Assembly (NCBI GenBank): GCA_038205935.1
Contig: JBBRBK010000009.1
Coordinates: 1-46,879, forward strand
DNA length: 46,879 bases
Origin: Campylobacterales bacterium
GTDB taxonomy: Bacteria; Campylobacterota; Campylobacteria; Campylobacterales; Sulfurimonadaceae
Direction: 5' to 3'
The position numbers and the translations under genes were made by a program. Within the stretch, counting starts at the first letter, position 1. Each line of letters starts with the position of its first letter. This document shows positions 1-8,941 of the stretch, piece after piece. A model generated the notes under the pieces. That model was not told where the DNA came from. It ran no database searches and was given only the letters and a program-made list of their open reading frames with translations.

Positions 1-472
1 CATATTCGCAGTAAATTTTGTTTTTTATGAAGTTGGTTTTGAGATTTTCATTTATGAGATATTTACCTCGTAGCGTTGTCAAGTTATCTTGCTGAGTCAC
101 ATACTCTTTATACACGCCTCGCCCGAACTCTTTAAACAACCTTTGTGCAAAAAGCTGTATGAAAACTTCCAAGATTGTGTGCTTTTCATTTTTACAAGAT
201 GCAATATCTTCATTTTCCAACTTGATATCATAAGCGTACATCAACATGTAAATAAAAATATCTAAATTACTCTCATCATCTTTATTGATTATTTTTGGAA
301 GCAGATAAAAATCTTGATTTTCAAAATTCAGTATCCCGCAATACTGCTGTGACTTTAAAACATCCCAATCAAGTTTAAAATATTTATGAAGTTTTGGAGT
401 ATCTATAATATTTTGTTTTATAGTTTCGTTTGTTACTTCGCTATATTCGTATATTATATTTAAATTTGACAT
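1..472 (-). CDS. mcrC: McrC family restriction-system component, 5' part (runs off the left edge)
   Basis: Not in the ORF track. Manual translation from ATG at 472 is open to the edge: MSNLNIIYEY...SQQYCGILNF...YLLPKI...FIYMLMYAYDI...LEVFIQLFAQRLFKEFGRGVYKEYVTQQDNLTTLRGKY...IYCEY. The LPKI, G(L/V)YKEY...NL..LRGK and CEY(D) blocks are typical of McrC. Confidence 0.8.
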   Translation of the reverse strand, partial: MSNLNIIYEYSEVTNETIKQNIIDTPKLHKYFKLDWDVLKSQQYCGILNFENQDFYLLPKIINKDDESNLDIFIYMLMYAYDIKLENEDIASCKNEKHTILEVFIQLFAQRLFKEFGRGVYKEYVTQQDNLTTLRGKYLINENLKTNFIKNKIYCEY

Positions 473-519
473 CTTATATTTCAAACTCTTTTCTTTATTT
501 TTGTGTAAGAATTGTACCC

Positions 520-525
520 TATAAT
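520..525 (+). promoter_or_regulatory. Probable sigma-70 -10 box for the AhpD-like gene
   Basis: TATAAT about 50 nt upstream of ATG 578, which has an AAGGA RBS. A TACAAT on the minus strand at 511-516 could serve mcrC. Confidence 0.45.
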
Positions 526-577
526 ATTATCGTTAAGTTCAACTTGACATTTTCACAATAACATTAAAGGATATAAA

Positions 578-1108
578 ATGGCACATATTAGTTTACCAGA
601 ATTTGAGGATATGACACCTGCAATTCAAGAAAAAGCAAAACCGATTTTAGAGAAAACAGGGAAGCTTGGAGAGATATTTAAACTTTTGGCAATTGATGAA
701 AAAATCTACTTTGCTACGGACGGTATGATACAAAAATACCTGATTGATGAAACAACACTTTCTTATCACATCAAAGAAGCAATAGCACTTTTGATTTCAA
801 AAGAAAATGGCTGTAAAATGTGTGTTGATGTACATAAAAGTATTGCGAAGATGCTTGGTTTGAGCGATGAACAAATAGAAGAAATCTTGCAGGGAATTGA
901 CTCTATTAAGACATCAGATGCAGAAAAAAAACTCCTTCAGTTTTGTATCAGAGCTTCACAAAAAGATAATTATAAAATCCTAAAAAAAGAGATTGACGCA
1001 TTAAAAGAGTTGGGATTCAGTGATGTACAACTAGTAGAAGCAGTGGCGATTACAGGATACTTTAACTATATAAATACATTGTCAAATGTGTTTTCTTTGG
1101 GAGAATAA
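578..1108 (+). CDS. AhpD/carboxymuconolactone decarboxylase family peroxidase-related protein
   Basis: EAIALLISKENGCKMCVDVH (CxxC..H AhpD core), C-terminal FNYIN motif, AAGGA RBS. Confidence 0.85.
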   Translation: MAHISLPEFEDMTPAIQEKAKPILEKTGKLGEIFKLLAIDEKIYFATDGMIQKYLIDETTLSYHIKEAIALLISKENGCKMCVDVHKSIAKMLGLSDEQIEEILQGIDSIKTSDAEKKLLQFCIRASQKDNYKILKKEIDALKELGFSDVQLVEAVAITGYFNYINTLSNVFSLGE

Positions 1109-1112
1109 TCAA

Positions 1113-1559
1113 ATGTTAAGAACTATATTCTTAACAATATTTACATTGTATGCAACGGCTCAAGCGCAAGAGTTAAAAGCCATCTTTGACTGTAGTTCCA
1201 AAGATGCTAGTTATATAGACTCGCGTATGATGCTTATAGAAAAAACTATGGATATGATTAAAGAAGATAAAGATAAAGTAAATTTCGTATTAACTATTCA
1301 TGGTGAGTGTATAAAGGCGGCTTCTAAAAACTATGCTGACATGATAGAGATAGAAGATGTTGCTCACATAAATAATGCTCAAAAAACAATGGAAAGAATC
1401 TCTAAAAAAGGTGTCAAAATTATTGCATGTGCCATTGCGCTTAGCCATTACAAGATTGATCAAAAAGATGTTTTGCCTTTTATGAAAATTTCTAAAAACA
1501 GCTATATAGATCTCATAAAGTATCAAAATCAGGGTTATGCCTTAATGCCTTTAAAATAA
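1113..1559 (+). CDS. Exported DsrE/DsrF-like family protein
   Basis: Start re-assigned to ATG 1113, giving a signal peptide ending AQA. Contains IHG, IIACAIAL and a C-terminal YQNQGYALMP typical of DsrE-like proteins. Confidence 0.7.
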   Translation: MLRTIFLTIFTLYATAQAQELKAIFDCSSKDASYIDSRMMLIEKTMDMIKEDKDKVNFVLTIHGECIKAASKNYADMIEIEDVAHINNAQKTMERISKKGVKIIACAIALSHYKIDQKDVLPFMKISKNSYIDLIKYQNQGYALMPLK

Positions 1560-1578
1560 AAGTCTAGGAAGCCGATAA
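1552..1578 (+). promoter_or_regulatory. Sigma-28 (FliA) promoter consensus
   Basis: Exact TAAA(1552-1555)-N15-GCCGATAA(1571-1578). Confidence 0.6.
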
Positions 1579-1584
1579 AGAGTT

Positions 1585-1675
1585 GCTATAAAAGTCGATA
1601 AAAACGACCGCATCTATTTTTTCTATAAACGATGTGTAATTTTTATCTGTCAGCTCCATGACTGCTGGCATTTTT
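1585..1675 (+). ncRNA. Candidate sigma-28-dependent small RNA
   Basis: ORF-less stretch between the sigma-28 consensus and an intrinsic terminator. The 5' end is estimated from promoter spacing. Confidence 0.35.
1648..1675 (+). terminator. Rho-independent terminator
   Basis: Stem TGTCAGC/GCTGGCA (one G-U pair), 9-nt loop, then TTTTT. Confidence 0.55.
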
Positions 1676-1961
1676 AGTTCTCTTTTGAAAGTTCCAAAAT
1701 GATCTCATGAATCTCATTGCCATCAAAGAAAATATTTGATGCCAGTTCATCACTAAACTTCTTTAACAAAGCAACCTTTTTTGCAGTTTTTTCATCATTA
1801 TCTTGAATGACTTCCAGGGTTTCTCTTAATTGCTTTTTATAGCCATCAACTATCTCTTCTCTTTTTTCCCTCTTAGTTTGTACTATCGTCGTGACTTTTG
1901 GACGCATGACATAAAGCATAAGAGCCGTAATTACAATAAAAGAACCTATATAAATATACAT
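1674..1961 (-). CDS. Small hypothetical membrane-anchored protein
   Basis: 95 aa with an N-terminal hydrophobic helix and charged helical body. GAGG RBS upstream. Confidence 0.7.
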   Translation of the reverse strand: MYIYIGSFIVITALMLYVMRPKVTTIVQTKREKREEIVDGYKKQLRETLEVIQDNDEKTAKKVALLKKFSDELASNIFFDGNEIHEIILELSKEN

Positions 1962-2135
1962 CGTTGCCTCGTCTGTGAAAGATTTCTATGAAATCCTAAA
2001 AAATTATGTAAGAGATTATACCAAATTAGCCTCACTGTAGGCTCAAAACTGTTTAAAATGATACAAATTTATTTTGAATGTTATGGAATTGTTATAAAAT
2101 ACGGGTAAAGTAGTAAACAAATAAAAAGGATAGTC

Positions 2136-3131
2136 ATGGCAATTAAAGCAGCAATCAACGGAACAGGACGCATAGGCATCATAGTAGCAAAGATCATCGC
2201 AAAGAGAGATGATATAGAGTTAGTAGCAATTAACACAACAGCTGAGCCAAAAATGCTTGAATACCTTTTTAAATATGACAGTGTACACACAGGTATAGAT
2301 GCAAAAATAATCGATGACAAAACAATTATGATCGATGGTAAAAAAGTGGCACTATTTTCTACAAGAGATCCAAAAGAGCTAGATTTTGGACAAGCTGGCG
2401 CAGAGGTAGTTATCGAGTGTACTGGTGCATTTTTGACAACTGAAAAAGCGAAAGCGTATCTTAAAGACGGAGTTAAAAAAGTAGTAATGAGCGCTCCGGC
2501 AAAAGATGATACTCCGACTTATGTTTTAAATATCAATACAGACTCGTACAAAGGTGAGGCAATCATCTCAAATGCAAGCTGTACAACAAACTGTTTAGGA
2601 CCAATTTGTAAAGTGCTTGATGATGCGTTTGGAATCGAAAATGGTCTTATGACTACGATCCACTCATACACAAACGATCAAAACATTTTGGATGTAAAAC
2701 ACAGCAGTGATGTACGTCGCGCACGTGCCGCTGCGATCAATATGATCCCAACAACAACGGGCGCAGCAAAAGCGATCGGCTTAGTAATGCCTCAGCTTAA
2801 AGGCAAACTCAACGGTTATGCAATGCGTGTTCCAACACCTGATGTTTCAGTTGTGGATTTGACAGTCAATCTTAAAAAAGATGTAACGGTTGAAGAAGTG
2901 AATGCGGCATTTACTAAAGCTTCTGAGACAAATTTTGCAGGTCTTATCGAAATAGACACTGACAAAAGAGTTTCTAGTGACTTTATAGGCTCAACTTATA
3001 GCTCGACTTACATTCCAGATATGACAAGTGTTGTCGGTGGTAAAACTGTAAAAGTGCTTGCATGGTATGACAACGAATGGGGCTACTCAAGCCGCCTTGT
3101 CGATATGTGTGTCTTTGTAGGTAACAACTAG
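2136..3131 (+). CDS. gap: Type I glyceraldehyde-3-phosphate dehydrogenase
   Basis: INGTGRIG, ASCTTNCL active site, WYDNEWGYS. Confidence 0.98.
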   Translation: MAIKAAINGTGRIGIIVAKIIAKRDDIELVAINTTAEPKMLEYLFKYDSVHTGIDAKIIDDKTIMIDGKKVALFSTRDPKELDFGQAGAEVVIECTGAFLTTEKAKAYLKDGVKKVVMSAPAKDDTPTYVLNINTDSYKGEAIISNASCTTNCLGPICKVLDDAFGIENGLMTTIHSYTNDQNILDVKHSSDVRRARAAAINMIPTTTGAAKAIGLVMPQLKGKLNGYAMRVPTPDVSVVDLTVNLKKDVTVEEVNAAFTKASETNFAGLIEIDTDKRVSSDFIGSTYSSTYIPDMTSVVGGKTVKVLAWYDNEWGYSSRLVDMCVFVGNN

Positions 3132-3132
3132 T

Positions 3133-4593
3133 TTGAAAAAACGCACTAAGATCATAGCTACCCTCGGACCTGCGTCTGAGAGTTTGCAAAAAATCACTGA
3201 ACTTATCCATGCTGGAGTCAATGTTTTTAGACTTAACTTCAGCCATGGAACTTATGCATACCACTCACAAATCTTAAAAAACATACGAGAAGCTTCAAAA
3301 CAAACTGGCCTTATTGTGGGCGTTTTACAAGATATTAGCGGTCCTAAGATACGCATCGGCGAATTGCAAGAGAGCTTTGAACTCAAAGAAAATGACATAG
3401 TTACGTTTTGCAAAAAAGATATCATCGGCAGACGAAAAGATGAAAATAGCTATGAAGTCAGTATCAACTATCCTGAGATACTTTCGCGCTTACATGTAGA
3501 TGATTATATCTATCTTTATGATGGTATTATCCGCACAAAAGTGCTCACATGTAACGAAGATGCCGTGAGCGTTCTTGTCGAAAATGATGGTATTCTCTCA
3601 TCAAAAAAAGGGATCAACTTTCCAAACACAAGATTGGACGTAGATATTCTTACACAAAAAGACAAAAATGATATGCAGTGGGGTGTTCAAAACGGTGTTG
3701 ATTTTATGGCGATCTCTTTTGTGCAAAACGAACAAGATATGCTCAAAGCCAGAATGATCGTCAAAGATCTTGGCGGAAAACAGATGCTTATCGCAAAAAT
3801 AGAGAAGTTTGATGCGGTTGAAAATATAGACGCTATTTTGGAAGTCTCTGATGGCATTATGGTCGCACGTGGTGATCTTGGTATCGAAGTGCCCTACTAC
3901 GAAGTTCCAAATATCCAAAAGATGCTGATCCAAAAAGCAAATGCCGCTTCAAAACCCGTTATCACCGCCACACAAATGCTTCTTTCTATGACAAATTCGC
4001 CAAGAGCGACGCGTGCAGAGATAAGCGATATTGCCAATGCTGTGCTTGATGGTACAGATGCTGTGATGCTCTCAGAAGAGAGTGCTGTTGGAGAGTATCC
4101 TGTTCTCGCTGTTAAAACAATGTTTGAGACTATTGCTCAGACCGAAAAACTCTATCCTTATTACAATTTTTCGCACATATACAAAGATGATGTCACAAAT
4201 GCCATAGACGAATCCGCTGTCAGACTGGGTCGAGACTTACATGTAAGCGGAATCCTCTCTTTGACAAACTCTGGCAGTTCTGCAAGAAAGCTGGCAAAAT
4301 ATCGTCCTAGTATGCCAATCTATGCTATTACTCATGATGAGATCAGAAGATCTCAGTTAACACTCTCTTGGGGTGTTATACCTGTATTTTTTGTAGAAAA
4401 AGGTTCGCTTGGACAGTCTTTAAGCAGAGTTATAAATAAGGGTTTAGAAAGTGGGATTTTAAATTTGAAAAAGAGTTATATTCTCACAGCTGGAGATCCT
4501 ACGGGTGTGAGCGGTTCGATCAATATGATACGTCTGCTCAGAGAGCAGGAGATGCTATTTTTTAAAACTATAAATCAAGAACCTATAGTCTAA
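3133..4593 (+). CDS. pyk: Pyruvate kinase
   Basis: TKIIATLGPAS, RLNFSHG, IAKIE, MVARGDLG, ATQML, DAVMLS. TTG start. Confidence 0.98.
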   Translation: MKKRTKIIATLGPASESLQKITELIHAGVNVFRLNFSHGTYAYHSQILKNIREASKQTGLIVGVLQDISGPKIRIGELQESFELKENDIVTFCKKDIIGRRKDENSYEVSINYPEILSRLHVDDYIYLYDGIIRTKVLTCNEDAVSVLVENDGILSSKKGINFPNTRLDVDILTQKDKNDMQWGVQNGVDFMAISFVQNEQDMLKARMIVKDLGGKQMLIAKIEKFDAVENIDAILEVSDGIMVARGDLGIEVPYYEVPNIQKMLIQKANAASKPVITATQMLLSMTNSPRATRAEISDIANAVLDGTDAVMLSEESAVGEYPVLAVKTMFETIAQTEKLYPYYNFSHIYKDDVTNAIDESAVRLGRDLHVSGILSLTNSGSSARKLAKYRPSMPIYAITHDEIRRSQLTLSWGVIPVFFVEKGSLGQSLSRVINKGLESGILNLKKSYILTAGDPTGVSGSINMIRLLREQEMLFFKTINQEPIV

Positions 4594-5689
4594 CTAATTT
4601 CACGCCCATCTCTACATGTTTTGTATAGGGAAACTGGTCAAAAAGGGCCATTTTCTCTATTTTATGCGTTTGTGTTAAAAGTTCTAAATCTCTATGCAAA
4701 GTTTCAGGATTACAAGAAATATAAAGAATAGTTTCATGACGTGCCACAAACGCACAAGACTCGGCGTCCATTCCTGCACGCGGAGGATCTACAAAGATAT
4801 TTTTAAGCGTATAAGAGCTGATATCTATCTCTCCCATACGGCGAAACTCTCGCACACCATCAAGCGCTTGAACAAACTCCTCTGCACTCATTCTGACAAA
4901 TTCGATATTTGCGACATCGTTTAATTCCATATTATTTTTTGCCGCAGTTATAGAGGATTTGGATATCTCAGTCGCTAAGACTTTATCAAACTTTGAAGCA
5001 AAAGGAATTGTAAAATTACCCGCTCCGCAGTAAAGCTCAAGTAAATCGCCGCTTGCATCTTCAAACTGATCCAATGCCCACGCTATCATCTGCTCATTGA
5101 CTCTTGGATTTGGCTGAGTGAAACTGTTTTCAATCTGCATAAACTTATAATCGACATCTCTTACATGTAAGGTTTCTGTGACATAATCCTGACCCACAAC
5201 AAGCTTTTGTTTTCGGCTTCTTCCGATGATAGATATGCCAAGTTTTTGCGCGATCTCTTTGGCTTTTTCTTCCCATAGAGCATCTAATTGTTTGTGATAC
5301 AAAAGCGAAACTGCGATCTCTCCGCTTGATGAAGAGAGAAAATCCGCACCAAAAAGCTTATGACCAATCTGAGCTTCATCTATCTCTTTTAAAAGTTTTG
5401 GCATCAATGCAAAAATATGCTCATTGACCTGAGGGCACTCTTCAATGATTACTGCGCCCTTATGTTCTAGGGCATTCATAGCATAATGAATAACATCACC
5501 AATATGCCAGATTTTAAACTCTGCTCTTGCTCTATAGCCGTTCTCTGGCGATCTACAGATATCAAATTCTCGGGTGTAAAGATCAACAAAACGCTCAATG
5601 TTAAGATCAAGCTTTTTAAGAAGCTGAGCCTCATAGCCGTTTTCATAATTCCTACAACTTCCACATTCACCAAAGTACTTACAATTCAA
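4583..5689 (-). CDS. trmA: tRNA (uracil-54-C5)-methyltransferase
   Basis: YRARAEFKIWH, SFTQPN, LELYCGAGNF, VDPPRAG, YISCNP, DQFPYT.H.E. Start re-assigned to TTG 5689 behind an AGGAG RBS. Confidence 0.95.
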   Translation of the reverse strand: MNCKYFGECGSCRNYENGYEAQLLKKLDLNIERFVDLYTREFDICRSPENGYRARAEFKIWHIGDVIHYAMNALEHKGAVIIEECPQVNEHIFALMPKLLKEIDEAQIGHKLFGADFLSSSSGEIAVSLLYHKQLDALWEEKAKEIAQKLGISIIGRSRKQKLVVGQDYVTETLHVRDVDYKFMQIENSFTQPNPRVNEQMIAWALDQFEDASGDLLELYCGAGNFTIPFASKFDKVLATEISKSSITAAKNNMELNDVANIEFVRMSAEEFVQALDGVREFRRMGEIDISSYTLKNIFVDPPRAGMDAESCAFVARHETILYISCNPETLHRDLELLTQTHKIEKMALFDQFPYTKHVEMGVKLVRL

Positions 5690-5700
5690 ATAAACTTCTC

Positions 5701-6435
5701 CTATTTTACACTGGCTATGAGATTGCCAATTAAAAGATTCCATCCATCTATAAGAACAAAGACAAGTATCTTAAAGGGCAAAGAAATCATTACAGGAGGT
5801 AACATCATCATACCCATTGACATAAGGATGGAGGCAACAACCATATCGATAATCAAAAATGGTAAGAAGATCAAAAAACCTATCTCAAATGATGTTTTAA
5901 GTTCACTGATAACAAAGGCAGGAATCACGACAGACAAAGGGACGGCATCAATATTTTTAGGATTTTCCAAATGGCGAATACGCACAAAAAGAGCTAAATC
6001 TTTTTCTCTGGTATTGCGAATCATAAAACTTTTAAAGGGCTTTGTTGATTTATCAAAAGCCTCTTCATAACTTATCTGTTTTGCGATATAAGGCTTTATG
6101 CCTTCGTTATATGACTGCTGACCTATCGGTTCCATCACAAAATAAGTAAGAATCATAGCAAGCATAACCATCAACTGAGTCGGTGGAACTTGTTGTGTTC
6201 CAAGCGCTTGACGTAAAAAACCAAAAACGATGACAAATCTTGTAAAAGTGGTCATAACAAGAACAAGACTCGGAGCCAAAAAGAGAATAGTTAAAGCAAC
6301 CAAAACATTCAGTGAGCTTACAAGCTGTTGGGGAGTGTCTGGTGCGGAGAGTGAAAGATTTATGGTCGGGATTTCACCGCTTGCGCCATACACAGATGTT
6401 ATAAGAAAAGTAATAAATAGAATAATTTTGATCAT
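5701..6435 (-). CDS. fliP: Flagellar export pore protein FliP
   Basis: MTTFTRFVIV..LRQALGTQQVPP, PAFVISELK, GMMMLPP..ISLPFK. Confidence 0.97.
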   Translation of the reverse strand: MIKIILFITFLITSVYGASGEIPTINLSLSAPDTPQQLVSSLNVLVALTILFLAPSLVLVMTTFTRFVIVFGFLRQALGTQQVPPTQLMVMLAMILTYFVMEPIGQQSYNEGIKPYIAKQISYEEAFDKSTKPFKSFMIRNTREKDLALFVRIRHLENPKNIDAVPLSVVIPAFVISELKTSFEIGFLIFLPFLIIDMVVASILMSMGMMMLPPVMISLPFKILVFVLIDGWNLLIGNLIASVK

Positions 6436-6564
6436 TGAGTCTCTGCAGTCTTGTTAAGTGTTTTTTTTTGACTTATGATACCACAAACTTACTTAGCAGA
6501 TTTATTAATCAACCGATTTTTAAGTATAATTTCAAAAATTTAACCATCTATGGAATAAAAAAAT

Positions 6565-7971
6565 ATGCTCAAAACTTTATACAAAAATCCAACTTCTTCA
6601 GCTTATCTTCTGATACTTTTCTTAGCAATTTTCAGCACGATATATAATGCTTTTTTACCTTTACATGGCGATGAAGCATATTATTGGATGTGGAGTAAGC
6701 ATCTTCAGATGGGATATTATGACCATCCTCCGATGATTGCCTTTATGATATATTTAAGTAATTTTATCTCCCAAAATGAATGGGGAGTACGCCTTGTAAA
6801 TGTTTTTAGCATGAGTATTTCTGCCCTGTATATCTTCAAACTCACCAAACTCATCTCTGATGAAAAAACAGCTCTCAATAGTGTTTTGATCTTTTTATCT
6901 GTCGCACTCACGAATGCTGGATTTATCATCACTACGCCCGATTCTCCGCTCTCACTTTTTTGGAGTATCTCTTTATACTACACTTACCGAGCAATTTTTA
7001 TAGGTGAGAAAAAAGATTTTGCACTTACAGGGCTTTTTTTAGGACTCATGATGCTAAGTAAATATACGGCGGTTTTATATATTGCTGGTGTTGTTTTATT
7101 TATCATTTTAAAACGACGTGATCTGTTTTTACATCCATACATGTACGTCACTATATTTATCTCTCTTATTGTAGCTTCGCCGATGATCTTTTGGAATTAT
7201 CAGCATGACTGGATCAGTTTTATGTTTCAACTTCATCATGGTTCGAGTGAAGATGGAAGGCTTTATCCGCATCTCTTTTTTGAGTTTTTCAGTGGGCAAT
7301 TTGGAATTTTTTCTCCTGTATTTACAGCTTTGCTTTTTTTCTTTTTAATTAAAGAAAAACTTTTTATTAAAGATAACAAACTCTTTTTTATCGCTATTAG
7401 TGTCGTAGTAACCTTACTTTTTTTCTTCTATAAAAGTTTTTATTCTCGAATGATGCTCAATTATACAGCGCCTGCATACATCGGTGCAACCGTTCTTTTA
7501 TCCATAATTATCACAAAATATGAACTCAAAAAAACATTTATTTTGGGACTTGGCATTGCTCTTTTATTAACCATCGCGGCGAGAATCGCATTTTTATTTT
7601 ATCTTCCATATATTCAAGAAAGAATGTATGGAAATAAAGAAGCGGTGCAACTTTTGGCAACATACGCACAAGAGGGAGACAGCTTTTACAGCGACCACCT
7701 CACGATGACAGCTTATTTGAAATATTATCTTCCAAATCACCCTGAGAGCGATGTTGCATACCCAACGAGATACAGCCAATATGATATGTGGAGAAAAAAA
7801 GATTATCTTAAAAATGGACTTTTTTTAGCAAGAGATGCAGAGGATCTGAGTTATCTAAAAACTATATATAAAAGTGTTGAACTGCTCAACACACTTACAG
7901 TGCAAAGCGGACGTAACACGACAAAAACCTTTTATATCTACCGTCTTACAGATCCAATCCATAATAATTAA
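6565..7971 (+). CDS. GT-C fold glycosyltransferase (ArnT/PMT_2, family 39/83-like)
   Basis: DEAYYW, GYYDHPPM, TPDSPL, SKYT motifs and many TM helices. TATAAT at 6525-6530. Confidence 0.9.
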   Translation: MLKTLYKNPTSSAYLLILFLAIFSTIYNAFLPLHGDEAYYWMWSKHLQMGYYDHPPMIAFMIYLSNFISQNEWGVRLVNVFSMSISALYIFKLTKLISDEKTALNSVLIFLSVALTNAGFIITTPDSPLSLFWSISLYYTYRAIFIGEKKDFALTGLFLGLMMLSKYTAVLYIAGVVLFIILKRRDLFLHPYMYVTIFISLIVASPMIFWNYQHDWISFMFQLHHGSSEDGRLYPHLFFEFFSGQFGIFSPVFTALLFFFLIKEKLFIKDNKLFFIAISVVVTLLFFFYKSFYSRMMLNYTAPAYIGATVLLSIIITKYELKKTFILGLGIALLLTIAARIAFLFYLPYIQERMYGNKEAVQLLATYAQEGDSFYSDHLTMTAYLKYYLPNHPESDVAYPTRYSQYDMWRKKDYLKNGLFLARDAEDLSYLKTIYKSVELLNTLTVQSGRNTTKTFYIYRLTDPIHNN

Positions 7972-8017
7972 CAGTTTTTTAGATAAAATATCTCCTTATT
8001 TTAGATTTTGGTTGTTA

Positions 8018-8938
8018 ATGAAAAATATTTTAAAGCTGCTTATTACCGCTGCAATTTTCTACTATCTATTTCAATATATAGATTTTTACGCCCTTATGGA
8101 AGTTCTTGCAAAGAGCCATGGCGGTGATATTTTAGCTGCGCTTATACTTCAGCTTGGAAGTACTTATCTTGCCGCTTACCGTTGGAGAGCTATCAGTAAA
8201 CTCTTGGTCTTTAACGAACCTCTCTCATTTTATGTCCAAAGTTATTTCAAAGGCAGTTTTTTCAATCAAGTCTTGCCAAGCAGTATCGGCGGAGATGCTG
8301 TTCGTGTTTTGGATCTCACAGCACGCGGATATGAAAAAAAAGAGGCTTTTTACGGAGTTTTTGTTGATAGAGTCGTCGGACTTGTAGGACTTTTGGTACT
8401 GAACCTGATTTCAAGTATCTTCTTCTTCGGAACATTTCAAGCAGATTTTTCTTATCTTATTATTTTTATCTCTTTTTCTGGGATTGTCGGTTTTTCTTTG
8501 CTCTTTTTTCTCAACAAAATAGCTTTTTTACAAAACTATAAATTTTTAAACCTTTTTCACAGACTTGCAAACAGACTCAATACTTTATACGCTGATAAAA
8601 AAGTTTTACTCAAGCATATTGCTATCTCTGTGGCTGTGCATTTGCTTACCGTTATGGCGATCTACGCTATTGCACTAAGCATCGATGTGAAACTGAATTT
8701 TCAGACTTTTCTTATCGCTATTCCACCTGTATTTTTACTCATGATTGTCCCTCTTTCACTTGCTGGATGGGGAATTCGCGAGGGTGCTATGGTTGGGATA
8801 TTGATGCTTGTGTATGAAGATAAAACCAAAATTTTGGCGATTTCTATCCTTTATGGGATATTACTCATCATCAGCGCCCTTCCCGGAGCATACTTCTGGA
8901 TCAATGGCGTGACTAAAAAAACTAAAACAATAGGATAG
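8018..8938 (+). CDS. Lysylphosphatidylglycerol synthase TM / flippase-like membrane protein (UPF0104)
   Basis: YRW, FNQVLPSSIGGD..R, DR, P.SLAGWG.REG motifs. Start re-assigned to ATG 8018. Confidence 0.88.
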   Translation: MKNILKLLITAAIFYYLFQYIDFYALMEVLAKSHGGDILAALILQLGSTYLAAYRWRAISKLLVFNEPLSFYVQSYFKGSFFNQVLPSSIGGDAVRVLDLTARGYEKKEAFYGVFVDRVVGLVGLLVLNLISSIFFFGTFQADFSYLIIFISFSGIVGFSLLFFLNKIAFLQNYKFLNLFHRLANRLNTLYADKKVLLKHIAISVAVHLLTVMAIYAIALSIDVKLNFQTFLIAIPPVFLLMIVPLSLAGWGIREGAMVGILMLVYEDKTKILAISILYGILLIISALPGAYFWINGVTKKTKTIG

Positions 8939-8941
8939 ATT

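Noticed and set aside
518..535. Fur/PerR-like box upstream of the AhpD-like gene
   Set aside because: Only a half-site resemblance (GATAATTAT on the minus strand) overlapping the -10 box, not distinguishable from AT-rich background.
5486..6070. 194-aa + strand ORF and other antisense or nested ORFs (e.g. 18058..18600, 35401..35904, 33498..33899, 46415..46852)
   Set aside because: These are shadow frames of well-supported genes on the opposite strand, with no motifs or RBS.
7874..8017. Long N-terminal extensions in the ORF track (also trmA, glyA, SPOR, recR, DsrE-like)
   Set aside because: They overlap upstream genes. Downstream starts fit RBS position, gene coupling or family length better.
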